This document shows, in pieces, positions 12,800 through 25,700 of a DNA stretch of 64,000 nt. The stretch comes from Azolla caroliniana (lineage: Eukaryota > Plantae > Polypodiophyta), in the NCBI GenBank assembly GCA_043228905.1, contig JBHGNT010000010.1, positions 372,001-436,000 on the forward strand, written 5' to 3'. Below the pieces are notes generated by a model that saw only the letters and a program-made list of their open reading frames with translations, ran no database searches and was not told the DNA's origin. The translations under genes were made by a program, and so were the position numbers. Within the stretch, counting starts at the first letter, position 1. The number at the start of each line of letters is the position of its first letter.

Positions 12800-15700
12800 C
12801 ATTTTAAATTAGTCACGGGCTCTTCTCAACTCCTTCTTCTAACTTGCTAATGTCTTCATGTCTCTCCACCTGAGTTTCAAAATCTTGATTTTTTAATTCC
12901 ATATCATAGGTAGCGTTATTAGCTTCGATTCGCATGTTTGAACACAAAAATCCGATATCACATGGGCCAGGTATGAACATTTTAATTTACTCACGGGCTC
13001 TTCTCAACTCCCTCCTCAAATTTGGTAATTTCTTCATGTCTCTCGACCTGAGTTTCAAAATCTTGATTTTTTAATTCTATATCATAGATAGCGTTGTTAG
13101 CTTCGAATCGCATGTCTGAACACAAAAATCCGGGCTCACACGAGCCAGGTATGAACATTTTAATTTACTCACGGGCTCTTCTCAACTCCCTCTTCTAACT
13201 TGCCAATTTCTTCATGTCTCTCGACCTGAGTTTCAAAATCTTGATTTTTTAATTCCATATCATAGATAGCGTTGTTAGCTTCGAATCGCATGTTTGAACA
13301 TAAAAATCTGATATCACATGGGCCACGTATGAACATTTTAATTTACTCACGGGCTCTTCTCAACTCCCTCTTCTAACTTACCAATTTTTTCCTGTCTATC
13401 GACCTGAGTTTCAAAATCTTGATTTTTTAATTCCATATGATAGTTAGTGTTGTTAGCTTCGAATCGCATGTTTGAACACAAAAATCCGATATCACATGGG
13501 CCAGGTATGAACATTTTAATTTACTCACGGGCTCTTCTCAACTCCCTCTTCTAACTTGCCAATTTCTTCATGTCTCTCGACCTGAGTTTCAAAATCTTGA
13601 TTGTTTAATTCGATATCATAGGTAGTGTTGTTAGCTTCGAATCGCAAGTTTGAACACAAAAATCCGAGATCACACGAGCTAGGTATGAACATTTTAATTT
13701 ATTCACGCGCTCTTCTCAACTCCCTCCTCAAATTTGGTAATTTCTTCATGTCTCTCGACCTGAGTTTCAAAATCCTAATTTTTTAATTCCATATCATAGG
13801 TAGCGTTGTTAGCTTCGATTCGCAGGTTTGAACACAGAAATCCGGGATCACACGAGCGAGGTATGAACATTTTAAATTAGTCACGGGCTCTTCTCAACTC
13901 CCTCCTCAAATTTGGTAATTTCTTCATGTCTCTCGACCTGAGTTTCAAAATCTTGATTTTTTAAATCCATATCATAGGTAGTGTTGTTAGCTTCGAATCG
14001 CATGTTTGAACACAAAAATCCGATATCACATGGGCCAGGTATGAACATTTTATTTTACTCACGGGCTCTTCTCAACTCCTACTTCTAACTTGCAAATTTC
14101 TTCATGTCTCTCGACCTGAGTTTCAAAATCTTGTTTTTTTAATTCTATATCATAGGTAGCGTTGTTAGCTTCGAATCGCATGTTTGAACACAAATATCCA
14201 TTATCACACGAGCCAGGTATGAACATTTTAATTTACTCACGGTCTCCTTTCAACTCCCTCCTCAAATTTGGTAATTTCTTCATGGCTCTCGACCTGAGTT
14301 TCAAAATCTTGATTTTTTAATTCTATATCATAGGTAGCGTTGTTAGCTTCGAATCGCATGTTTGAACACAGCAATTCGGGATCACACGAGCAAGGTATGA
14401 ACATTTTAATTTACTCACGCGCTCTTCTCAACTCCTTCTTCTAACTTGCTAATGTCTTCATGTCTCTCGACCTGAGTTTCAAAATTTTGATTTTTTAATT
14501 CCATATCATAGGTAGCGTTATTAGCTTCGATTCGCATGTTTGAACACAAAAATCCGATATCACATGGGCCAGGTATGAACATTTTAATTTACTCACGGGC
14601 TCTTCTCAACTCCCTCCTCAAATTTGGTAATTTCTTCATGTCTCTCGACCTGAGTTTCAAAATCTTGATTTTTTAATTCTATATCATAGATAGCGTTGTT
14701 AGCTTCGAATCGCATGTCTGAACACAAAAATCCGGGCTCACACGAGCCAGGTATGAACATTTTAATTTACTCACGGGCTCTTCTCAACTCCTTCTTCTAA
14801 CTTGCTAATGTCTTCATGTCTCTCCACCTGAGTTTCAAAATCTTGATTTTTTAATTCCATATCATAGGTAGCGTTATTAGCTTCGATTCGCATGTTTGAA
14901 CACAAAAATCCGATATCACATGGGCCAGGTATGAACATTTTAATTTACTCACGGGCTCTTCTCAACTCCCTCCTCAAATTTGGTAATTTCTTCATGTCTC
15001 TCGACCTGAGTTTCAAAATCTTGATTTTTTAATTCTATATCATAGATAGCGTTGTTAGCTTCGAATCGCATGTCTGAACACAAAAATCCGGGCTCACACG
15101 AGCCAGGTATGAACATTTTAATTTACTCACGGGCTCTTCTCAACTCCCTCTTCTAACTTGCCAATTTCTTCATGTCTCTCGACCTGAGTTTCAAAATCTT
15201 GATTTTTTAATTCCATATCATAGATAGCGTTGTTAGCTTCGAATCGCATGTTTGAACACAAAAATCCGATATCACATGGGCCACGTATGAACATTTTAAT
15301 TTACTCACGGGCTCTTCTCAACTCCCTCTTCTAACTTACCAATTTTTTCCTGTCTCTCGACCTGAGTTTCAAAATCTTGATTTTTTAATTCCATATGATA
15401 GTTAGTGTTGTTAGCTTCGAATCGCATGTTTGAACACAAAAATCCGATATCACATGGGCCAGGTATGAACATTTTAATTTACTCACGGGCTCTTCTCAAC
15501 TCCCTCTTCTAACTTGCCAATTTCTTCATGTCTCTCGACCTGAGTTTCAAAATCTTGATTGTTTAATTCGATATCATAGGTAGCGTTGTTAGCTTCGAAT
15601 CGCAAGTTTGAACACAAAAATCCGAGATCACACGAGCCAGGTATGAACATTTTAATTTATTCACGCGCTCTTCTCAACTCCCTCCTCAAATTTGGTAATT

Positions 15701-16720
15701 TCTTCATGTCTCTCGACCTGAGTTTCAAAATCCTAATTTTTTAATTCCATATCATAGGTAGCGTTGTTAGCTTCGATTCGCATGTTTGAACACAGAAATC
15801 CGGGATCACACGAGCGAGGTATGAACATTTTAAATTAGTCACGGGCTCTTCTCAACTCCCTCCTCAAATTTGGTAATTTCTTCATGTCTCTCGACCTGAG
15901 TTTCAAAATCTTGATTTTTTAAATCCATATCATAGGTAGTGTTGTTAGCTTCGAATCGCATGTTTGAACACAAAAATCCGATATCACATGGGCCAGGTAT
16001 GAACATTTTATTTTACTCACGGGCTCTTCTCAACTCCTTCTTCTAACTTGCCAATTTCTTCATGTCTCTCGACCTGAGTTTCAAAATCTTGTTTTTTTAA
16101 TTCTATATCATAGGTAGCGTTGTTAGCTTCGAATCGCATGTTTGAACACAAATATCCATTATCACACGAGCCAGGTATGAACATTTTAATTTACTCACGG
16201 TCTCCTTTCAACTCCCTCCTCAAATTTGGTAATTTCTTCATGGCTCTCGACCTGAGTTTCAAAATCTTGATTTTTTAATTCTATATCATAGGTAGCGTTG
16301 TTAGCTTCGAATCGCATGTTTGAACACAGCAATTCGGGATCACACGAGCAAGGTATGAACATTTTAATTTACTCACGCGCTCTTCTCAACTCCTTCTTCT
16401 AACTTGCTAATGTCTTCATGTCTCTCGACCTGAGTTTCAAAATTTTGATTTTTTAATTCCATATCATAGGTAGCGTTATTAGCTTCGATTCGCATGTTTG
16501 AACACAAAAATCCGATATCACATGGGCCAGGTATGAACATTTTAATTTACTCACGGGCTCTTCTCAACTCCCTCCTCAAATTTGGTAATTTCTTCATGTC
16601 TCTCGACCTGAGTTTCAAAATCTTGATTTTTTAATTCTATATCATAGATAGCGTTGTTAGCTTCGAATCGCATGTCTGAACACAAAAATCCAGGCTCACA
16701 CGAGCCAGGTATGAACATTT
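12800..16720 (+). repeat. Tandem higher-order duplication, 11 monomers (1958 bp) x2
   Basis: Rare variants tctccacctg (12863/14821), ccacgtatg (13323/15281), aacttaccaattttt and atatgatagttag recur at offset 1958 = 11x178. Confidence 0.88.
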
Positions 16721-19700
16721 TAATTTACTCACGGGCTCTTCTCAACTCCCTCTTCTAACTTGCCAATTTCTTCATGTCTCTCGACCTGAGTTTCAAAATC
16801 TTGATTTTTTAATTCCATATCATAGATAGCGTTGTTAGCTTCGAATCGCATGTTTGAACACAAAAATCCGATATCACATGGGCCAGGTATGAACATTTCA
16901 ATTTACTCACGGGCTCTTCTCAACTCCCTCTTCTAACTTGCCAATTTCTTCATGTCTCTCGACCTGAGTTTCAAAATCTTGATTTTTTAATTCCATATCA
17001 TAGGTAGTGTTGTTAGCTTCGATTCGCATCTTTGAACAAAAAATCCTGGTATCACACGAGCCAGGTATGAAAATTTTAATTTACTCACGCGCTCTTCTCC
17101 ACTCCCTCGTCAAATTTGGTAATTTCTTCATGTCTCTCGACCTGAGTTTCAAAATCTTGATTTTTTAATTCTATATCATAGCTAGTGTTGTTAGCTTCGA
17201 TTCGCATCTTTGAACACAAAAATCTGGTATCACACGAGCCAGGTATGAAAATTTTATTTAGTCACGGGCTCTTCTCAACTCCCTCCTAAAATTTGGTAAT
17301 TTCTTCATGTCTCTCGCCCTGAGTTTCAAAATCTTGATTTTTTAATTCCATATCTTAGGTAGCATTGTTAGCTTCGAATCGCAAGTTTGAACACAAAAAT
17401 CCGAGATCACACGAGCCAGGTATGAACATTTTAATTTACTCACGGGCTCTTCTCAACTCCCTCTTCTAACTTGCCACTTTCTTCATGTCTCTCGACCTGA
17501 GTTTCAAAATCTTGATTTTTTAATTCCATATCATAGATAGCGTTGTTAGCTTCGAATCGCATGTTTGAACACAAAAATCCGATATCACATGGGCCAGGTA
17601 TGAACATTTTAATTTACTCACGGGCTCTTCTCAACTCCCTCTTCTAACTTGCCAATTTCTTCATGTCTCTCGACCTGAGTTTCAAAATCTTGATTTTTTA
17701 ATTCCATATCATAGGTAGTGTTGTTAGCTTCGATTCGCATCTTTGAACACAAAAATCTGGTATCACACGAGCCAGGTATGAAAATTTTAATTTACTCACG
17801 CGCTCTTCTCAACTCCCTCGTCAAATTTGGTAACTTCTTCATGTCTCTCGACCTGAGTTTCAAAATCTTGATTTTTTAATTCTATATCATAGCTAGTGTT
17901 GTTAGCTTCGATTCGCATCTTTGAACACAAAAATATGGTATCACACAAGCCAGGTATGAAAAATTTTAATTAGTCACGGGCTCTTCTCAACTCCCTCCTA
18001 AAATTTGGTAATTTCTTCATGTCTCTCGGCCTGAGTTTCAAAATCTTGATTTTTTAATTCCATATCATAGGTAGCGTTGTTAGCTTCGAATCGCAAGTTT
18101 GAAAACAAAAATCCGAGATCACACGAGCCAGGTATGAACATTTTAATTTACTCACGGGCTCTTCTCAACTCCCTCTTCTAACTTGCCACTTTCTTCATGT
18201 CTCTCGACCTGAGTTTCAAAATCTTGATTTTTTAATTCCATATCATAGGTAGCGTTATTAGCTTCGAATCGCATGTTTGAACACAGAAATCCGGGATCAC
18301 ACAAGCCAGGTATGAACATTTTAATTTACTCACGGGCTCTTCTCAACTCCCTCTTCTAACTTGCCAATTTCTTCATGTCTCTCGTCCTGAGTTTCAAAAT
18401 CTTGCTTTTTTAATACCATATCATAGATAGCGTTGTTAGCGTCGATTCGCATCTTTGAACACAAAAATCCGGGATCACACGAGCCAGGTATGAACATTTT
18501 AATTTACTCACGCGCTCTTCTCAACTCCCTCCTCAAATTTGGTAATTTCTTCATGTCTCTCGACCTGAGTTTCAAAATCTTGATTTTTTAATTCTATATC
18601 ATAGGTAGCGTTGTTAGCTTCGAATCGCAGGTTTGAAAACAAAAATCCGGGATCACACGAGCCAGGTATGAACATTTTAATTTACTCACGGGCTCCTCTC
18701 AACTCCCTCCTCAAATTTGGTAATTTCTTCATGTCTCTCGACCTGAGTTTCCAAATCTTGATTTTTTAATTCCATATCTTAGGTAGCACTGTTAGCTTCG
18801 AATCGCATGTTTGAACACAAAAATCCGGGATCACACGAGCCAGGTATGAACATTTTAATTTACTCACGGGCTCCTCTCAACTCCCTCCTCAAATTTGGTA
18901 ATTTCTTCATGTCTCTCGACCTGAGTTTCAAAATCTTGATTTTTTAATTCCATATCATAGGTAGCGTTGTTAGCTTCGATTCGCATATTTGAACATAAAA
19001 ATCCGGTATCACACGAGCCAGGTATGAACATTTTAATTTACTCACGGGCTCCTCTCAACTCCCTCCTCAAATTTGGTAATTTCTTCATGTCTCTCGACCT
19101 GAGTTTCCAAATCTTGATTTTTTAATTCCATATCTTAGGTAGCACTGTTAGCTTCGAATCGCATGTTTGAACACAAAAATCCGGGATCACACGAGCCAGG
19201 TATGAACATTTTAATTTACTCACGGGCTCCTCTCAACTCCCTCCTCAAATTTGGTAATTTCTTCATGTCTCTCGACCTGAGTTTCAAAATGTTGATTTTT
19301 TAATTCCATATCATAGGTAGCGTTGTTAGCTTCGATTCGCATGTTTGAACACAGAAATCCGGGATCACACGAGCGAGGTATGAACATTTTAATTTACTCA
19401 CGGGCTCTTCTCAACTCCTTCTTCTAACTTGCCAATTTCTTCATGTCTCTCGACCTGAGTTTCAAAATCTTGATTTTTTAATTCCATATCATAGGTAGCG
19501 TTGTTAGCTTCGAATCGCATGTTTGAACACAAAAATCCGATATCACATGGGCCAGCTATCAACATTTTAATTTACTCACGGGCTCTTCTCAACTCCCTCC
19601 TCAAATTTGGTAATTTCTTCATGTCTCTCGACCTGAGTTTGAAAATCTTGATTTTTTAATTCCATATCATAGGTAGCGTTGTTAGCTTCGTTTCGCATGT

Positions 19701-22700
19701 TTGAACACAGAAATCCGGGATCACACGAGGCAGGTATGAACATTTTAATTTATTCACGCGCTCTTCTCAACTCCCTCGTCAAATTTGGTAATTTCCTCAT
19801 GTCTCTCGACCTGAGTTTCAAAATGTTGATTTTTTAATTCCATATCATAGGTAGCGTTGTTAGCTTCGATTCGGATCTTTGAACACAAAAATCCGGGATC
19901 ACACGAGCCAGGTATGAACATTTTAATTTACTCACGCGCTCTTCTCAACTCCCTCCTCAAATTTGGTAATTTCTTCATGTCTCTCGACCTGAGTTTCAAA
20001 ATATTGATTTTTTAATTCCATATCATAGCTAGTGTTGTTAGATTCGATTCAAATGTTTGAACACAAAAATCCGATATCACGTGGGCCAGCTATCAACATT
20101 TTAATTTACTCACGGGCTCTTCTCAACTCCCTCCTCAAATTTGGTAATTTCTTCATGTCTCTCGACCTGAGTTTGAAAATCTTGATTTTTTAATTCCATA
20201 TCATAGGTAGCGTTGTTAGCTTCGTTTCGCATATTGAACACAGAAATCCGGGATCACACGAGCCAGGTATGAACATTTTAATTTATTCACGCGCTCTTCT
20301 CAACTCCCTCGTCAAATTTGGTGATTTCCTCATGTCTCTCGACCTGAGTTTCAAAATGTTGATTTTTTAATTCCATATCATAGGTAGCGTTGTTAGCTTC
20401 GATTCGGATCTTTGAACACAGAAATCCGGGATCACACGAGCGAGGTATGAACATTTTAATTTACTCACGGGCTCTTCTCAACTCCTTCTTCTAACTTGCC
20501 AATTTCTTCATGTCTCTCGACCTGATTTTCAAAATCTTGATTTTTTAATTCCATATCTTAGGTAGCGTTGTGGGCTTCGAATCGCCAGTTTGAACACAAA
20601 AATCCGAGATCACACGAGCCAGGTATGAACATTTTAATTTACTCACGGGCTCTTCTCAACTCCCTCTTCTAACTCGCCAATTTCTTCATGTCTCTCGACC
20701 TGAGTTTCAAAATGTTGATTTTTTAATTCTATATCATAGGTAGCGTTGTTAGCTTCGAATCGCATGTTTGAACACAAAAATCCGATATCACATGGGCCAG
20801 CTATCAACATTTTAATTTACTCACGGGCTCTTCTCAACTCCCTCCTCAAATTTGGTAATTTCTTCATGTCTCTCGACCTGAGTTTCAAAATATTGATTTT
20901 TTAATTCCATATCATAGCTAGTGTTGTTAGCTTCGATTCGCATGTTTGAACACAAAAATCCGGGATCACACGAGCCAGGTATGAACATTTTAATTTACTC
21001 ACGGGCTCTTCTCAACTCCCTCCTCAAATTTGATAATTTCTTCATGTCTCTCGACTTGAGTTTCAAAATCTTGATTTTTTAATTTCATATCTTAGGTAGC
21101 GTTGTTAGCTTCGAATCGCAAGTTTGAACACAAAAATCCGAGATCACACAAGCCAGGTATGAACATTTTAATTTACTCACGGGCTCTTCTCAACTCCCTC
21201 CTCAAATTTGGTAATTTCTTCATGTCTCTCGACCTGAGTTTCAAAATATTGATTTTTTAATTCCATATCATAGCTAGTGTTGTTAGCTTCGATTCGCATG
21301 TTTGAACACAAAAATTCGGGATCACACGAGCCAGGTATGAACATTTTAATTTACTCACGGGCTCTTCTCAACTCCCTCCTCAAATTTGATAATTTCTTCA
21401 TGTCTCTCGACTTGAGTTTCAAAATCTTGATTTTTTAATTTCATATCTTAGGTAGCGTTGTTAGCTTCGAATCGCAAGTTTGAACACAAAAATCCGAGAT
21501 CACACGAGCCAGGTATGAACATTTTAAATTATTCACGCGCTCTTCTCAACTCCTTCTTGTAACTTGCTAATTTCTTCATGTCTCTTGACCTGAGTTTCAA
21601 AATCTTGATTTTTTAAATCCATATCATAGGTAGTGTTCTTAGCTTCGAATCGCATGTTTGAACACAAAAATCCGATATCACATGGGTCAGGTATGAACAT
21701 TTTAATTTACTCACGGGCTCTTCTCAACTCCCTCTTCTAACTTGCCAATTTCTTCATGTCTCTCGACCTGAGTTTCAAAATCTTGATTTTTTAATTCCAT
21801 ATCATAGATAGCGTTGTTAGCTTCGAATCGCATGTTTGAACACAAAAATCCGAGATCACACGAGCCAGGTATGAACATTTTAAATTATTCACGCGCTCTT
21901 CTCAACTCCTTCTTGTAACTTGCTAATTTCTTCATGTCTCTCGACTTGAGTTTCAAAATCTTGATTTTTTAAATCCATATCATAGGTAGTGTTCTTAGCT
22001 TCGAATCGCATGTTTGAACACAAAAATCCGATATCACATGGGCCAGGTATGAACATTTTAATTTACTCACGGGCTCTTCTCAACTCCCTCTTCTAACTTG
22101 CCAATTTCGTCATGTCTCTCGACCTGAGTTTCAAAATCTTGATTTTTTAAATCCATATCATAGGTAGTGTTCTTAGCTTCGAATCGCATGTTTGAACACA
22201 AAAATCCGATATCACATGGGCCAGGTATGAACATTTTAATTTACTCACGGGCTCTTCTCAACTCCCTCTTCTAACTTGCCAATTTCTTCATGTCTCTCGA
22301 CCTGAGTTTCAAAATCTTGATTTTTTAATTCGATATCATAGATAGCGTTGTTAGCTTCGAATCGCATGTTTGAACACAAAAATCCGATATCACATGGGCC
22401 AGGTATGAACATTTTAATTTACTCACAGGCTCTTCTCAACTCCCTCTTCTAACTTGCCAATTTCTTCATGTCTCTAGAACTGAGTTTCAAAATCTTGATT
22501 TTTTTATTCTATATCATAGCTAGTGTTGTTAGCTTCGATTTGGCATCTTTGAACACAAAAATCCGGGATCACACGAGCCAGGTATGAACATTTTAATTTA
22601 CTCACGCGCTCTTCTCAACTCCCTCTTCTAACTTGCCAATTTCTTCATGTCTCTCGACCTGAGTTTCAAAATCTCGATTTTTTAACTCCATATTATATGT

Positions 22701-25700
22701 AGCGTTGTTAGCTTCGATTCGCATATTTGAACACTATAATCCGAGATCACATGGGCCAGGTATGAACATTTTAATTTACTCACGGGCTCTTCTCAACTCC
22801 CTCCTCAAATTTGGTAATTTGTTCATGTCTCTCGACCTGAGTTTCAAAATCTTGATTTTTTAATTCCATATCTGAGGTAGCGTTGTTAGCTTCGAATCAC
22901 AAGTTTGAACACAAAAATCCGAGATCACACAAGCCAGGTATGAACATTTTAAATTAGTCACCGGCTCTTCTCAACTTCTTCTTCTAACTTGCCAATTTCT
23001 TCATGTCTCTCGACCTGAGTTTCAAAATCTCGATTTTTTAATTCCATATTATATGTAGCGTTTTTAGCTTCGATTCGCATATTTGAACACTATAATCCGA
23101 GATCACATGGGCCAGGTATGAACATTTTAATTTACTCACGGGCTCTTCTCAACTCCCTCCTCAAATTTGGTAATTTTTTCATGTCTCTCGCCCTGAGTTT
23201 CAAAATCTTGATTTTTTAAATCCATATCATAGGTAGTGTTGTTAGCTTCGAATCGCATGTTTGAACACAAAAATCCGATATCACATGGGCCAGGTATGAA
23301 CATTTTATTTTACTCACGGGCTCTTCTCAACTCCTTCTTCTAACTTGCCAATTTCTTCATGTCTCTCGACCTGAGTTTCAAAATCTTGTTTTTTTAATTC
23401 TATATCATAGGTAGCGTTGTTAGCTTCGAATCGCATGTTTGAACACAAATATCCATTATCACACGAGCCAGGTATGAACATTTTAATTTACTCACGGTCT
23501 CCTTTCAACTCCCTCCTCAAATTTGGTAATTTCTTCATGGCTCTCGACCTGAGTTTCAAAATCTTGATTTTTTAATTCTATATCATAGGTAGCGTTGTTA
23601 GCTTCGAATCGCATGTTTGAACACAGCAATTCGGGATCACACGAGCAAGGTATGAACATTTTAATTTACTCACGCGCTCTTCTCAACTCCTTCTTCTAAC
23701 TTGCTAATGTCTTCATGTCTCTCGACCTGAGTTTCAAAATTTTGATTTTTTAATTCCATATCATAGGTAGCGTTATTAGCTTCGATTCGCATGTTTGAAC
23801 ACAAAAATCCGATATCACATGGGCCAGGTATGAACATTTTAATTTACTCACGGGCTCTTCTCAACTCCCTCCTCAAATTTGGTAATTTCTTCATGTCTCT
23901 CGACCTGAGTTTCAAAATCTTGATTTTTTAAATCCATATCATAGGTAGTGTTCTTAGCTTCGAATCGCATGTTTGAACACAAAAATCCGATATCACATGG
24001 GCCAGGTATGAACATTTTAATTTACTCACGGGCTCTTCTCAACTCCCTCTTCTAACTTGCCAATTTCTTCATGTCTCTCGACCTGAGTTTCAAAATCTTG
24101 ATTTTTTAATTCCATATCATAGATAGCGTTGTTAGCTTCGAATCGCATGTTTGAACACAAAAATCCGAGATCACACGAGCCAGGTATGAACATTTTAAAT
24201 TATTCACGCGCTCTTCTCAACTCCTTCTTGTAACTTGCTAATTTCTTCATGTCTCTCGACCTGAGTTTCAAAATCTTGATTTTTTAAATCCATATCATAG
24301 GTAGTGTTCTTAGCTTCGAATCGCATGTTTGAACACAAAAATCCGATATCACATGGGCCAGGTATGAACATTTTAATTTACTCACGGGCTCTTCTCAACT
24401 CCCTCTTCTAACTTGCCAATTTCGTCATGTCTCTCGACCTGAGTTTCAAAATCTTGATTTTTTAAATCCATATCATAGGTAGTGTTCTTAGCTTCGAATC
24501 GCATGTTTGAACACAAAAATCCGATATCACATGGGCCAGGTATGAACATTTTAATTTACTCACGGGCTCTTCTCAACTCCCTCTTCTAACTTGCCAATTT
24601 CTTCATGTCTCTCGACCTGAGTTTCAAAATCTTGATTTTTTAATTCGATATCATAGATAGCGTTGTTAGCTTCGAATCGCATGTTTGAACACAAAAATCC
24701 GATATCACATGGGCCAGGTATGAACATTTTAATTTACTCACAGGCTCTTCTCAACTCCCTCTTCTAACTTGCCAATTTCTTCATGTCTCTAGAACTGAGT
24801 TTCAAAATCTTGATTTTTTTATTCTATATCATAGCTAGTGTTGTTAGCTTCGATTTGGCATCTTTGAACACAAAAATCCGGGATCACACGAGCCAGGTAT
24901 GAACATTTTAATTTACTCACGCGCTCTTCTCAACTCCCTCTTCTAACTTGCCAATTTCTTCATGTCTCTCGACCTGAGTTTCAAAATCTCGATTTTTTAA
25001 CTCCATATTATATGTAGCGTTGTTAGCTTCGATTCGCATATTTGAACACTATAATCCGAGATCACATGGGCCAGGTATGAACATTTTAATTTACTCACGG
25101 GCTCTTCTCAACTCCCTCCTCAAATTTGGTAATTTGTTCATGTCTCTCGACCTGAGTTTCAAAATCTTGATTTTTTAATTCCATATCTGAGGTAGCGTTG
25201 TTAGCTTCGAATCACAAGTTTGAACACAAAAATCCGAGATCACACAAGCCAGGTATGAACATTTTAAATTAGTCACCGGCTCTTCTCAACTTCTTCTTCT
25301 AACTTGCCAATTTCTTCATGTCTCTCGACCTGAGTTTCAAAATCTCGATTTTTTAATTCCATATTATATGTAGCGTTTTTAGCTTCGATTCGCATATTTG
25401 AACACTATAATCCGAGATCACATGGGCCAGGTATGAACATTTTAATTTACTCACGGGCTCTTCTCAACTCCCTCCTCAAATTTGGTAATTTTTTCATGTC
25501 TCTCGCCCTGAGTTTCAAAATCTTGATTTTTTAAATCCATATCATAGGTAGTGTTGTTAGCTTCGAATCGCATGTTTGAACACAAAAATCCGATATCACA
25601 TGGGCCAGGTATGAACATTTTATTTTACTCACGGGCTCTTCTCAACTCCTTCTTCTAACTTGCCAATTTCTTCATGTCTCTCGACCTGAGTTTCAAAATC

